A stretch of 64,000 bases of DNA. It comes from the human T2T-CHM13v2.0 reference genome, Homo sapiens. A program made the translations under genes and the position numbers. This document shows positions 1 through 17,279 of the stretch, in pieces. A model generated the notes under the pieces. It searched no databases and was not told the origin of the DNA. It saw only the letters and a program-made list of their open reading frames with translations. Location: the NCBI RefSeq assembly GCF_009914755.1, contig NC_060929.1. One strand, written 5' to 3'. Every line of letters starts with the position of its first letter. Within the stretch, counting starts at the first letter, position 1.

Positions 1-599
1 CATCCTCCCCAGGGTCCCAACTTTGGCAGAGACCAGAGGTGAAAGTCCCCCCTGTCCTCAATCCAGGGATTTGAGTCAAGAGGCCAAGAAATCTGTACAA
101 CACATCCAGGGTAGGAGAGCAGGAGTTGAATGTGGCAAAGCCTGGAATGCAGGAGAATGAATTCCATGAAGCAGAGATACAAATAAATAGCTGATGCTGG
201 AAGACAGCGTGTCTCCTGACTGTTTGGAAACCACTGGACTCTGGTTCTATTTATAAAAACATGTCCTACAGAACCAGTTTTCTTTGTTACTACTTGAGGC
301 CACATCACCAACATATCCCAGGCACCGGTGGACAGCAATCGAGATGTGGGTCCTGGGCTCTGACCTCTTCACCGAGTTCATTCTGGCTCTGGGTAGGGAC
401 AGAGGCAGAGTGATTTTGTGTTTTCTACTTTCAATAACTGGGGGAGACACAGACCCACAGCCTTCCTTTAGGTTTCTAGCCCTTCTCGCCTTCCTATCGG
501 GTTTCTTCTTTCTTGCTTGTCTGCCTCCCTGGACTTCTTTGCATCCCCTCTTAGCAGAAAGGACACTCTTCACTAGTCAAGAGGCATAGATTGTGTTTT

Positions 600-700
600 A
601 AGTGGTTTAAGCTTTGCCAGTAACTGGTTGTTCAACATTAGGCAAGTTATTTAATTACCCTGGACGCCAGTTTCCTCATCTGTAAAATGGGCTTAAAATG
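600..700 (+). mobile_element. MIR SINE fragment
   Basis: MIR core GGCAAGTTATTTAA...CAGTTTCCTCATCTGTAAAATGGG. Confidence 0.75.
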
Positions 701-894
701 TTTGCTGATTTATGTTCCTTAAATATGAAGAACTGGGATGTTCATGTGGGTATTAAGAAACCTGAGATGTATTACAGAGAAGACGCATATTTAACTTTGT
801 TTTGCCCAGCATGGCTCAAATAAATTTGAAACAAAACCTCTCAAAAACAATCTAGCCACATTCTCTTGCTATTCTCTGGTATGCAGTTTGAGAA

Positions 895-1050
895 GTGGTT
901 GTGGCAGATACTTGAATTTGTGATCTCAACTTGCTTTTTGCCAGCCTTCTGCTTGGAGAAGTTAGGAACAAAAACTATTTCTCAGGCTTCCTTGCAGCTA
1001 GGGTTCTGCATTTGGATTAGATTTCACTACTTAGATGCACTCATGTGAGA
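895..1050. mobile_element. Old MLT1 (ERVL-MaLR) LTR fragment
   Basis: TTTCTCAGGCTTCCTTGCAGCTAGGG resembles the MLT1J/K motif TTCCCAGCCTCCCTTGCAGCTAGG; boundaries rough. Confidence 0.4.
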
Positions 1051-2076
1051 GAAGGGAGAGATTTTCATTTCCTACTCAATCCTGATGATCTGCTGACCTT
1101 GATGATCTCTCAAGCCTTGTCCAACTCTAAGGGATGTCGATGTTTCCTTTCTTGGCCATATCTTCTCTTAGGAAAAGAGCTTCTTTAGATACAGTAGTTC
1201 TGGTCCATTTCTTCTCTTATGAGTTGAAATAGATCCCAAGAAACAGTTCCAGGATAAATCAGGAGAGGGTAAATGCTAGCTGGAATTCATTTTTCTCTGA
1301 AGTTCCCATCATTTTTTACAGTTCATTTCTGACTCAGTAGGACTTAGTTCATCTTTCTGGGGTCTTGCAGCAACTTCAAAAAAAAGAACGACTTGCAAAA
1401 GAGTTAAAACTATAACCATAGCACCCCCATGGGTCCTCTGGTAGCAATTTTGAGGCCAGACTGAGCCGGGCACACAGAAACTATCCCTCCTCTGAATCCC
1501 CTGTTGTTAATTTTATAGACATGATTGTATTTCTCATCACATGCCAAGACTATCTTAAGTGGTGCTCCAGTTAAACATAGTAGCTCTGAGAAGACAGAGA
1601 CCTAGGTCTGGCTCCCTGATAACTCAGTAAGCAACCTTGGACAGAACAAATAACCATGCCGTCTCTTGGATTCCCTGGTCTAAAACTGACAAAATGCCAT
1701 TTTCTCTGGCTGCTAGGACTTTAGACAAATGGGAGACTCTGTAGTGCAATGAGTTATAAAACTAAGCTTTTAAAGTGGGCGTCAGATATTACCATGGTAA
1801 AACCTTACTTTGACTACACAGAGGTGAAACATGAGAAGTTAGACTCACCAAACATGGGACAGAGAACCTCTAGGTGGCCCATTCTTTGGCAAAATTGTGA
1901 GGTGTTTAAAACTTGCCTTTATCTTCTTCCAAAAGAGAAAAACTCAGTTTTTCAACTTTTAGGACCAGAAGCTTTTCCCCCTTCTCCCTCTGCCCCTTAG
2001 AATTCTGCAGCATTGTAACTCTGTCCTACCTCTCAGAGAAATAACATATATTACAGAAAGCTCATTTAACCCAAGG

Positions 2077-2230
2077 CTGTGGTTTCAACCCTGGCTGCTC
2101 ATCAGGTCTGGAGAACTTCAGAGAGCACAGATGCCAGGGCCCCACACCTAGAAACCCAACTCAGTTGGTCTTGGATGGGTCCCAGGTGTACTAACTATTC
2201 AGAAGCTCCCATGGGTTGGGAACCATTGGG
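2077..2230. mobile_element. MER5A-like hAT-Charlie MITE
   Basis: Degenerate TIRs CTGTGGTTTCAACC ... GGTTGGGAACCATTG; internal CAGATGCCAGGGCCCCAC. Confidence 0.65.
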
Positions 2231-2634
2231 GTATTGTTACCTAAGAATACTTCTTCAAATAAGATCATGGAAGGGATTCCAGGGATAAACTTGTCTTGCT
2301 CTACACCTACTCAGGGTTTCCATAAAGCAGGTTACTGCCATTCACTTTGACTTGTAACCTTCAAGATAGCCAAATTCAGAGTGTGGCTCTTCCCATAAAT
2401 AAGAAGCTTGTAAAATCTTGCAATAATGCCAAGGTTAGGTCATGATGGAGCGTCTGTCTAGTAGCTGGTGCCTGGTCCTGAAATTCTGTGCCCACTCTGG
2501 CTACCTGCTTGATTAGGCTCAGTTATCCCACACTCGAATACTCCCAGAATCCAATTCTCATCTCTCTGCCTGGTGTCCTGTTCCTCATCTAACCCTCCAG
2601 TACTAACCTCACGGCATCAAATAATGACAAACAT

Positions 2635-2802
2635 AAGGACTTTGAGTTAGAACTTGTTCAATCTTGACTCCATTGCTCTGTAACTCAGGATTCCTTGGGA
2701 AACCTATTCAGGGTATTGGTTTCTTCATCTGTAGAGTAGGGGTGATATCACCTATTCTATTCAGTTTCAGTTTTGACACATAGTAAATACTGAATAAATG
2801 TT
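2635..2802 (+). mobile_element. MIR SINE
   Basis: GGACTTTGAGTTAGA...TTTCTTCATCTGTA...GACACATAGTAAATACTGAATAAATG. Confidence 0.6.
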
Positions 2803-3867
2803 TGGTCCCCTTCCTCCAACCTCATTGTTCATCTTTTACTGATTTCCACCTATTGTCTGTCTTCCAGACATCAAGAATGTGATAAGTAACTCAAAAAATA
2901 TCTATTAGGATTTGGAGTATCAGTAGGAAGGTGTTTTAGGGTAAACAGTACCTTTTTGTTACAACTGAAACTACAGCCTACTGGTCCCCACGAACTTTCT
3001 TAGTTCCCACATAAGGGATGTGACCGTGACATTGAGGACAGTCAATGACAGTGCCATGACAGTGTTTGTCACAACAATAATAACAAAACACAAGGGCTTT
3101 GTGTTTGGGAATGGGGAAAATAATGGATGTAGTGAGAGGAGTGAGCTGATAGTCACTTGCGGGAAGCTGAAAAATAAACCCAGAGAAGACCTGGAAAGGA
3201 CAGACAACCAGATGTCCAACTAGGAAGCAAAAATCTTGGCTGGATTCTGTTTCAAACCACAGAATCTGAATTTTTGGAAGAAAGCATTAAAAACAATAAA
3301 TTACCCCAAATGGCAAAGTTAGGATTCAACTGCCTCAAACTGTAACAACTTAGGCACTTGTAAAAGAGAAATATTCCAGATGGCAAAGTGGAAGGATGAA
3401 TTATAGAGAAGGAAGTGGCTAATATCCTGTGCAATACTCTGAAGCAATACAAAAAGAGAACCTTCGTGAAGGAACAGGCTGGGGATCCCAGTGTTTCTGG
3501 GGGACAGAAATGGAGTGCCATTCAATCAGGGGCAGCTGACCCCACTGGGCAGCCCTGGGTGCCTGGGGCTCAGGCATGATTTCAAATTGCTTTCTGTCTT
3601 CCAAGTGATTTTGGAACAAATGGCTCTGGTGGCCTCAGGGGCATGTCTGGAATGACTACATGAAACTTCCAGGGCTTTGATTTGGCGTGGTCCGTCTGGC
3701 TTCACTGCCTAGTTCAGGGTTCAGTGGCCTAGATATGATTTCAAATCTCAGTTACTTTTCATCTTCTACCTCTTTTTATATGAGAACACTCCAGCCCTCA
3801 AATCAATGGGACTGGATCTGAACAGTAGAACTGGAGGCAGTCTAAGGACTTTGACTTTAGTCCTCTG

Positions 3868-4015
3868 ACTTCTCAAAAGGTAGACCGCAGACCAGCAGTC
3901 TCATCATCACCTAAAAGATGATGGGAAATGCAGTAACTCTACCAAATCAGGATTCATATTTTAACACAACCATCAGGTGATTTTTGTACATGTTAAGGTT
4001 TGAGAAGCAATGTTC
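3868..4015. mobile_element. MER5A-like hAT MITE
   Basis: CTTCTCAAA...GACCAGCAG...CATCACCT...CAGGTGATT...GTTTGAGAAGCAATG. Confidence 0.65.
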
Positions 4016-4349
4016 TAGGCGATTTAATAGGGCAAAAGGATGTAGGTCCATAAAGATTCCTATAACCATCAGAAAGGACACTGCACTTTGAGGTAGTCTA
4101 ATCTTTCCAATAATGATGCACCTCAAGGAGTCTGCAAGTGTCCTAATAGCACTGCCAAGACTTTGACCCCAGCACTAATAGTAAATGCCTTTCAGTTGGA
4201 AGTTAGGCCCATAAGCACAAGGACATTTTGTGCTCAATCTCAGCCTCAGCTACTCCATTCTACTGTTTCTCCTCCTTCTCTCATAGAGCATACATCCCCA
4301 CTGGAAGAAAGTGACAGAATAGAAGAAAGGTGCACAAAACCCTCTATTG

Positions 4350-5405
4350 GTTTTTTATCACATCAAAAAAAATCTGGATTCTTCACTATGGCCTTATAAA
4401 GCACTTCCTGGTTTGGCACCTGATTACACCTTCCATTTTATCTCTTACCCTCTCTCACTTTGCTCCAGCCACTTTGGCCTTCTTTCTTCCTTGAACATAC
4501 AAGGTTCATTTCCAGTGCCAAGTATTTTCAGTCATTGTTTCCTCTATGGCAGGGGTCCCCTACCCCCAGGCTGTAGAATGGTACTGGTCGGGGCCCTGTT
4601 AGGAACTTGGCCACACATCAGGAGGTGAGCAGTAGGTGAGTGGGTGAAGCTTCATCTGTGTTTACGGTCACTCCCCATGGCTCACAATACCGCCTGAGCT
4701 CACCTCCTGTCAGATCAGCAGCAGGATTAGATTCTCATAGGACTGCAAACTCTATTGTAAACTGCACATGCGAGGGATCTGGGTTGGGTGCTCTTTATGA
4801 GAATCTAATGCCTGTTGATCTGTCACTCTCTCCCATCACCCCTAGATAGGACAGTCTAGTTGCAGGAAAACAAGCCCAGGGATCCCAGTGATTCTGCATT
4901 ATGGTGAGTTGCATAATTATTTCATTATATATTACAATGTAATAATAATAGAAATAAAGTGTGCAACACATGTAATGTGCTGGAATCAACCCAAAACCAT
5001 CCCTACCCTCGCCTCCATCTGTGGAAAACCCAGTCCCTGGTGCCAAAAAGGTTGAAGACCACTGGTCTATGGAAATGCTCTCTCTGTCCTTACATCTTAT
5101 TATTGCTAGATCTTCATAATTCAGGTCTCAGCACAAATGCAGTGCTCCTAGAAAGACTAGCCCTGCCACACCATCTAAAATCCCACCCCACCTTATCCAT
5201 CTGTATCACATTATCCTGTGTGATGCTCCTTAGGGTACTTATTACTTGGTATCCTCTTCTATATATTTACTGGTTTAATTTCTCTTCCCTACCACATATA
5301 AGCTTTATAAGAGCAATCTTATTGATTGCTATATCCCAAGTGCCCAGAACAGTGCCTGACAGAGCAGTTATTCAAAAGATGTTTACTGGATTTGAGTGAA
5401 TGATT
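4350..5405 (+). mobile_element. L2 LINE 3' region, split by MER1A
   Basis: L2 motifs CTCCAGCCAC...GGCCTTCTTTC before MER1A; 3' end GCCCAGAACAGTGCCTGACA...TGAGTGAATGA after it. Confidence 0.75.
4550..5064 (+). mobile_element. MER1A hAT-Charlie DNA transposon, complete, with 8-bp TSD
   Basis: TIRs CAGGGGTCCCCTACC / GGTTGAAGACCACTG; 515 bp with the MER1A internal block; TSD CTCTATGG (4542-4549) / GTCTATGG (5065-5072). Confidence 0.92.
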
Positions 5406-5669
5406 GGGCTAGGTTAAACTATTGACTTTTGGATTATCTGTGCATTCCTGTGTTTCCTGCTCTAACTATTGTGCTTATGACCACAGACAACTCAGAAGGG
5501 CTTACATGGCAGAGGCTGAGTTAATGATACTGTTGGTCTGGCCCATAGGATTGAGATAGTCCACGCTGAGTCATTTCAGAGCTGTGTGGTATTTCAATCC
5601 AAGATTGCTCTGTAAACTATGATGGACTGCCTGCCCATGCATAAGGTACTTTCATCTGTAAAGAAGAAT

Positions 5670-6050
5670 ATTACAAGCTTTCTGACCTTAAAGGCTTCTC
5701 CTTAACTAGGCAGACAAGCAGATAAGCAAATGGTTTTTATACAATGTGAAAAGTAAGTTCAAATTATAGATGGACAAAGGAAGAATACAAGTTTAACAAA
5801 TGGGGGGGTGTTAGAGTTATTTTCCCAAAAGTAGTGATGTCTGTTTGGAGCTTTAAAGCACAAAAAGGAGTTTGTCAGAAGCACATATAGGTATTCCAGG
5901 GAAACAATGGCACCACTAAGGTATAGAGGCAAGAAAGAGCCTGGGGAATTACAATAGTTTGGTAATGCCAGAATGCAAAATGTGCAGTTCAGGCTGGCAG
6001 AAGGAAACGAGGCTGGAATAGGAGCCAACAGGCTTATAATAATATATATC
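5670..6050 (-). mobile_element. L2 fragment
   Basis: Purine-rich antisense L2 pattern GGTATTCCAGGGAAACAATGGCACC...GAGGCAAGAAAGAGCCTGG. Confidence 0.55.
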
Positions 6051-7554
6051 CTTGAGGTGCTAGATCCACCATATGTTTGAGGTCAAATACAAATATCTCA
6101 AATATCTTTCAGTCCAAAAGAGCCAACAATGAGTTGAGCTGAGAGCATGTTGCAACCTCCAGCCCCGCTTTGTACTCCCCTCGGGCACCATGAGCACCGT
6201 GCCCAACAATCTCAAAAGCCCCCACATGCTGGACCCATTAGGCACTGCATGCTCCACCGTCTGAGTCATTTCTCCCTCTGCCACTGGTGACTGAACCCAG
6301 AGGAACTCTCCACTAATTGAATTTGAGATGACTCACTCTAAACTAGGGACTTGAAACTCGAAAACCTTGGCAGCAATACCTTGGCAGTGAAATTCTTGGG
6401 TCATATTGTCCAGCTCATTGTCTGGGGAGCCAGTAGGAGCGAGGGGATGTAGTGTGGGTATCTGTCGGGGAGGAAGGTTGGAGGCAGGGACTTTGGGTTT
6501 TCTTAGAGACCTGGAAAGGATAAGAGCATTCACTGCATGTCATTGTTTGTTTGAGCTCCAGCTGGTAGCCAAGAGTTTTTAAAAAATGACATTCGAACAT
6601 GTTTTGTTTGGCACACCTAGTTTTGTTTACAATATTTGATGCAACATTTTAAAGATAAGGAGCTTTTACATTACATACCACATTTCTGATTCTGTTAAAG
6701 CATTGAAAGACCTGGCAATAACCCACTGCAAGTGAAGAATGGATATCCCTGGTACAGGTGGTGTGCTCCCTAGGTTTCCAGAGTCTTCACCCCGATTTTT
6801 ACATTCTGATGCCCCTGCACTTATATCCAGAATGTTTCACTTGTGTAGTAACATTCAAGGGCCTTTTTGGCCCTATAGGCATTTGTGTTTGCAAAGCCTA
6901 TTCTGAAGCTACCAATGAGGAGACAAACTCTGATGACAGTTTTGGTAACAGAGGAATGGACCTCAAAGTATTATTTCTTTGGCATATTTCATCTGCTCAG
7001 TGCTCAGGAATTTATTAGAAAATAATGCAATAAAAGGGTGGGCATGAAGGTCAGCAACCTCCACCTCACCTACTCATTCTATTTTGGCAGAACATATAGT
7101 AGACATACTGAGGCTGGGGTTACATGTATTATCTTACGTTTCCCATCATAATTGTGTCATGGTATGTATTTAATGGATGCTCATTCAATGCATAGTGAAT
7201 GGAATGTCATTGCTGGTCCAAGTCTGGGCATCTAATGTCCTCTCCCAGGAGACCTGGCACCCACGACACTGCATGGAATGTTTTTCTTTTTCTCCATCTA
7301 TTCATGTTTCAATGCTCCCCTTCCTTTCATCTGTACTCATCTGCCTGCTCTTCCCTAAAGCTTTCAAGGACTTCCCCAGGCTGGCAATAGGAACCTTCTC
7401 TTCTCTATTCTTATCAGGATTTATTTTTGTTGTATAACTTCCCGAGTCTTTGTTTCATTTATGAGAAAATAAATATCTACTTCATAAGACCAATATATGC
7501 ATTGTGTCTGGAACATGTTGAAAATGGTAATTAGATTTATATTTATATGCTTAT

Positions 7555-7815
7555 ATATTGCTTACTTTATGCCAGGAACCCTTTCAAGTATTTTGCATAG
7601 GTTGGTTTATTTAATCTTTACAACATTGCTGTAAGGCAGGTACTGATGTTATAATCCTCATTTTACAGATAAAGAAGCTGAAGCAGAAAGAGATGAAGTA
7701 ACTTGCTCAAGGAACACAGCTAATAAGCTCTAGAGGTAAGCACAGCTAATAAGCCTTTAAACCCAGGAAGCTGGACCCAGCGTCTATGGCTCCACCCATT
7801 AAGTAAAACTGCCTC
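7555..7815 (-). mobile_element. MIR SINE, near full length
   Basis: CATTTTACAGATAAAGAAGCTGAAGCAGAAAGAGATGAAGTAACTTGCTCAAGG; internal 14-bp duplication CACAGCTAATAAGC. Confidence 0.85.
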
Positions 7816-7942
7816 TCTTCTGAAGTAAGGTCTACATATATGGTAGTATCCTTTGGGTTAGAGATGGCAAATTGTCCTTCAATATCCATTCTCACCAGTG
7901 CTATTTTGTATTTTTAATCACACACAGCCTAATTGAATCCTA

Positions 7943-7947
<5 letters not shown>

Positions 7948-7973
<26 letters not shown>

Positions 7974-8254
7974 GAGACGAGGTCTCGCTCTGTTGCCCAG
8001 GCTGGAGTTCGGTGGCTCTAACTCAGCTCACTGAAACCTCTGCTTCCCAGGTTCAAGTGATTCTCCTGCCTTAGCCTCCCAAGTAGCTGGGATTACAGGC
8101 ACCTGCCATCATGCCCAGCTATTTTTTGTATTTTTGTAGAGACGAGGTTTCACCATGTTAGCCAGGCTGGTCTTGAACTCCTGACCTCAGGTGATCTGCC
8201 CACCTTGGCCTCCGAAAGTGCTGGGATTACGGGCGTGAGCCACTGCACCCGGCC
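7948..8254 (-). mobile_element. AluS (Sx-like), full length
   Basis: PolyT followed by antisense Alu ending CACCCGGCC; TSD AATCCTACTTGCTT on both sides. Confidence 0.96.
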
Positions 8255-8563
8255 AAATCCTACTTGCTTTTTAAGCATGATTTGACTAGCACAAGAGAAA
8301 GGCAGAAAAGAGAAGTCTCCAATAATAGAACGAGTAGAGTAAAGCCTTAGAGGTGGGATCCTCTATCCTTCCTTCTCCTCTTTGAAAAATAGCTTTGTCA
8401 GCAGATCCTTCCCGAGAGTTCTTGGCCTTCCAGAAGTACCATAGATCCAACTCAGATGAAAAACTTCCCTGAGGCCAAGTCGCTCGGAACTATCTGAATG
8501 CAAATGGCAATGGATTTCCATTTCATCATTTTCAGATAGTACGAAATTCTAGCACTAACTTAC

Positions 8564-8611
8564 CTGAACACGTTTGGTACATGCTCTCTTGTTTGTCCTT
8601 AGTTTCTCCAT
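8564..8611 (-). other. Candidate 48-nt exon with MIR-derived acceptor
   Basis: Minus strand: ctcttccaatccttcattttacag|ATGGAG...GTTCAG|gtaagt. Confidence 0.35.
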
Positions 8612-8869
8612 CTGTAAAATGAAGGATTGGAAGAGACCACAAATGGCAAACAGGCTTGCTTTTGCAGGCCATATTCAATCGATTAGTTGTATTTGCTGGG
8701 TGTACTGCATCCCATAAGCAGTATTTGACCAGAAATGTCTGCCATTGGAGAGAAACATGTGTCAGCATATTTGCCTGCCTGGGTTAGATGATTCTCCAGG
8801 CTTCTACACAATTTTATGTTTATATGAAAATAGCCACAAAGGGAAAAGAGGACAATAAAACAAGAGATA

Positions 8870-8927
8870 TGAATAATAATGTATTGTATACTTGAAATTT
8901 GCTAAAAGAGTAGATCTCAAGTGTTCT

Positions 8928-8958
<31 letters not shown>

Positions 8959-9100
8959 AAGGTAATGAATGAGATGATAGGTGTTAATTAACTTGATTGT
9001 GGTAATCACTTCACAATGTATACATATAAAAACATCATGTTTTACAACCTACATTTATACAATTCCTCAATTATATATCAATAAACCTGGAAAAATAAAG
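8870..9100 (+). mobile_element. L1MA/MB-type 3' UTR fragment
   Basis: AATAATGTATTGTATACTTGAAATTTGCTAAAAGAGTAGATCT...TGATTGTGGTAATCACTTCACAATGTATAC. Confidence 0.85.
8932..8958. repeat. (AC)13 microsatellite
   Basis: Direct read. Confidence 0.95.
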
Positions 9101-9290
9101 ATGTATAAAAAAGATTTACAAATAAGATTTTTAAAAAAGGATTGTGAGGAAACAAAGTATGACAGTAGAATTACCATTTTTACTAGAGGCAGTAAAGGTC
9201 AGAATTAATATTGCAGAAAATCAAGTCAATAATAGAGTTGACAAATACAAAATTTTAATGCAGAGAAAAAGAGCAAAGTGTGAAGTTGGG

Positions 9291-9594
<304 letters not shown>

Positions 9595-9609
9595 CAAAGT
9601 ATAAAGTGG

Positions 9610-9985
9610 GACAGAAGGGAGATGGATGTGGTTATAAAAAGGCAACAGGGGTGATATTTGTGGAGATAAAACTGTCTTGACTGTGGTGGTGGATACACAG
9701 ACCAACATATGTAATAAAGTTACACATAACTAAGTATTTACACTAAGTAATACATACGCTTTCACACACACTCACCCAGATTACTCATACCCACACCAGT
9801 ACAAGTAAAACAGAAAATCTGATAAGATTGGTGGATCATGTAAATGTAAACATCCTGATTGTGATATTTTGGCAAGATATTACCCTGAGAAACCTGAGCA
9901 AAGGGTACATGGGATGTGTCTGTATTATTTCTTACAATTACAATGTGAATCTACAATGATCTCAAAATTTAAAAATTAACAAAAA
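9610..9985 (+). mobile_element. L1MD/MC-type 3' UTR, among older L1 ORF1 remnants
   Basis: GATGTGGTTATAAAAAGGCAACAG...GGGTACATGGGATGTGTCTGTATTATTTCTTACAATT...GTGAATCTACAAT. Confidence 0.8.
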
Positions 9986-10664
9986 GAGAACAAAGTCATA
10001 AAGACATAGAGAATTGGAGACAAGAGATTAAAGATTCAAGATATGGACAAATAGTGCTGTAAAATGGAGCTAGAAGCAATGGTCAAAGGTAAAAATAGAT
10101 TTAAATGTTTCTGTGCTGAAAAAAATGTCAATATTCAAGGACTGAAAAGACTCACTAGAATCTAGGCATAATGAAGGAAAAGAAATTGATCCTTAAACAC
10201 ACTGAGTCAAACTTTCTGTATTATGGGGATTGCAGACAAAAATGACAACCAGAGAAAATAGCAAAGAACCAAGAGCCCGTGGGCAGTCCTGGGGGCTATA
10301 GTGGAATCTCAGAGCCAGTGGTATTGATGGACCCCTCGCCTACATCAGTTGTTTTAGGAGATTCTTTCCCCCATAAAGCTCTGGACTGATGACAAACCTG
10401 AAAAAGATGCTGAATCACAGGTATTGCATGAGAAACATTTGCACTGAGAGGGAGATTGGATGAATTTCCCTAAATCATTTCTGAATGATTTCTTACCATT
10501 CATAAATAATTTCTTTAAAAATGACAAAGGTATCCAGGCTGGCATGGGGCTTAAAGAAAAAAAAAACATGAAGGTGACTTTTATAGTTCCTATTTAGATA
10601 TGGATCTAGGTACAAAGCAAATTCAATCATTCCTGTACTTTTCCTCAAAAACATTTTTAACCTT

Positions 10665-11074
<410 letters not shown>

Positions 11075-11319
11075 TTACAGATGTGCACAGAAACGAAGAA
11101 TAAAAACTATGAGTTATTGTTATTTGCATTCTAGACACTGTATACATATTTTATATATTATTTAATTTAATTATCCCAATAATTCCTTTGAAGGCAGAAT
11201 TGGGATTTTACTTTATGTTTGTGTGACCCAATATGTGCTTTTTTACTGCCTACCATTTTTCAAGATGAAGGTCAAATCATACAGCCATTATGAAATCTTC
11301 TCTAAACATGTACATATTC

Positions 11320-11820
11320 ATCATTCGTTCATTCAACAAATACTTACTGATATCATATATGTACCAGGCTCTCTGCTAGGTTCTGGGATAAATGATGAGA
11401 AAACAAGACAGGAATCTATTTTCAAGGAGTTTCAAGTGTAATGGAGGAAACTGGTATTAATCAAATGCGTGTAGAACTGTATGTGTCCATAGCAAGGGCT
11501 AAGAAGGAAAGATACATGTTGCTTTGAGGCCCTATAAGGTACAGATTTGACCTAGGCAGAGACTCAGGGAAGGTTTCTCCAGGGAAGTGAACCCCACTGG
11601 AAGAAAGGCACTCCAGGAAAGGGAAACAGCATGAGCAAAATCTGTGTGGTGGGAACGATCATGAAGGACCACTGTAGTGAGTAAAGATGTGTGCTGAAAG
11701 ATGAGAATGGAAACTAGCAAGATCCAGGGCATGCCAGGACTTGAAGCCCAAGTAAGGAGATTGCCTTAATATGAAGAGCAAGAGGAAGTCATGGGAAGGG
11801 TTCAGGAAAAGAAGTGGTAG
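11320..11820 (-). mobile_element. L2 3' end
   Basis: TCATTCGTTCATTCAACAAATACTTACTGA...GTACCAGGCTCTCTGCTAGG; GGAAGGTTTCTCCAGGGAAGTGA. Confidence 0.85.
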
Positions 11821-12613
11821 TGAATTTTCAGTCTTTGTATTGCCTTCTATAAGTCAAAGCTGTTCATGCATACATCTCAATTATGTTCTGTCTTACACTT
11901 TCTTGTGACACTAAATGACACAATCTCATTTTCCAAATTAGATGTGAGACTCCCTAGAGGTTGGGGATACTCCTTAAACCAAATTTTATTGGGCTTAAGA
12001 CTCCCAAGTGAGAAGTGTGTTTGTTGTTATGTTCTACTAAAAAAGAGAAAATGCTGCCGATTAGACATGCCATCAAATGGAAATAGCATCTCTATTTTGG
12101 AGATTCAAAAATGTGAAATATGTGCATTTTTAACTCAATGAAATATTATATATTTTTTTGATTCCCTTATAATGTCTAGGACAGAGCTGAGCTTGTCTTA
12201 AGTGGAATGAGAAAAGTACCAGACTTCAAATGAGAAGACTGAGTTGGCAGCCTGGTTCTGACACATACCTGGACAAGAATGACTTAATTGTTTTGGGACC
12301 CAGTCCATTCCTCTGTAAAATGGCCATATGACCCCTGAGGGTCCTCCCAGCTCTGCTGCTTCTCCATGCAATAGCTGTCTGACAATAATCTCTAGGAAGA
12401 TGTCTTTGAGGCCTTTCTTTGCTGGAGAGAACTCCTGCAGGAAGCTGCAGTAGTCCCTTATTCTTCTCCAGGTAGGAAGTACTGAGGAATGTGCCTGGAA
12501 GGCACACAGACCTAAATTAGAGTCAGAAAACTGAAGGCTCAAGAAATCTATTAACCAAGGAAAGTTTGTGCAGGTCTGATGTTAACCAGAAGTTGGGAGC
12601 AAGGCATGGGCTG

Positions 12614-12785
12614 TATTATGGGTAGAATTGTGTCCCCCACAAAATATATTATTAGAGTCCTTAACTCCAGTATTTGTGAATGAAACTTATTTGGAAATAG
12701 GGTCATTGCAGATAAGTTAAAGTGAGGTCATAAGGGTGGGTCTTAATCTAATATGACTGGTGTTCTTATAAAAAGGGAAAATTTG
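12614..12785 (+). mobile_element. MLT1B-like solo LTR, 5' half
   Basis: TATTATGGGTAGAATTGTGTCCCCC...TATTTGGAAATAGGGTC...GACTGGTGTTCTTATAAAAAGGGAAAATTTG; flank GCTGT recurs after the 3' half. Confidence 0.88.
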
Positions 12786-12804
12786 TTCTTGTCCAAAGCT
12801 GATG

Positions 12805-15805
<3,001 letters not shown>

Positions 15806-15807
15806 CA

Positions 15808-16234
<427 letters not shown>

Positions 16235-16279
16235 TTACAACTCTGCCCTTTACAGAAAGCAGCTCGTAGGAGTCTTACC

Positions 16280-16450
16280 TTGGTAGTGGGTGTTAAGGAA
16301 CAAATACAGATTTGAACTCTAGTTCTATAACTGAATCACTAGCTATGTGACTTTGGGCAAGTTACTCAACCTCTCTGAACCCATTCCTTCATCAGTACAA
16401 TGGGGATAATAATAACCTGCCCTAGGTGGTTCTCATAAGGATTAAAAGAA
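16280..16450 (+). mobile_element. MIR
   Basis: CTAGCTATGTGACTTTGGGCAAGTTACTCAACCTCTCTGAACC. Confidence 0.85.
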
Positions 16451-16469
16451 AAAACCATTAAAAATGATA

Positions 16470-16675
16470 ACATCTGCCATTTTTAGAGCACTGGCTACAT
16501 GCCAGGTTCTGTGCCATGAACTTTATACATTATTTCATTTCTTCTCACAACGATACTGTGAAATAGGTATTCTTAATTCTGCCCAGTTTACAGATGAGGA
16601 AACTGAGACTCGAGGACATGAAGTGACTTGCCCAGGGCACACACATAGCTGGCAAGTGGCAAAGTCAGGATTTGA
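16470..16675 (-). mobile_element. MIR
   Basis: TTTACAGATGAGGAAACTGAGACTC...AAGTGACTTGCCCAGGGCACAC...GGATTTGAA. Confidence 0.88.
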
Positions 16676-16963
16676 AAAAAAGGGGAGGGGGGCAGGAATT
16701 TGGATACAGACAAACACATGCAGAAGGGAGAGATATGAAGACATAGGGAGAGTGTCATCTATAAGCAAGGGATGCCTGGGGCCACCAGAAGGTGGGAAAG
16801 AGGCCTGGAACAGATCTTCCCTCACAGCCCTCAGAAGGAACCACCCTTGCTGACACCTTGATTTTGGACTTCCAGCCTCCAGAACTGTGAGACAATATGT
16901 TTGAGTTGTTTAAGCCACCCAGTTTGTGGTACTTTGTTTTGGAAGCTCCAGGAAACTAATACA
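16675..16963 (+). mobile_element. MLT1B-like solo LTR, 3' half
   Basis: GACACCTTGATTTTGGACTTCCAGCCTCCAGAACTGTGAGACAATA...GGAAACTAATACA, followed by GCTGT. Confidence 0.9.
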
Positions 16964-16974
16964 GCTGTTTCTTA

Positions 16975-17279
<305 letters not shown>

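Noticed and set aside
247-589. Overlapping 108-aa and 101-aa ORFs, one hydrophobic and one basic
   Set aside because: Explained by a CT-rich tract read on both strands; no recognisable family or exon structure
4163-5399. Run of + strand ORFs up to 146 aa
   Set aside because: Lie mostly within L2 and MER1A sequence; chance open frames
16280-16675. Inverted MIR pair as a hairpin or miRNA precursor
   Set aside because: The copies look too diverged for a long stem, and there is no expression evidence
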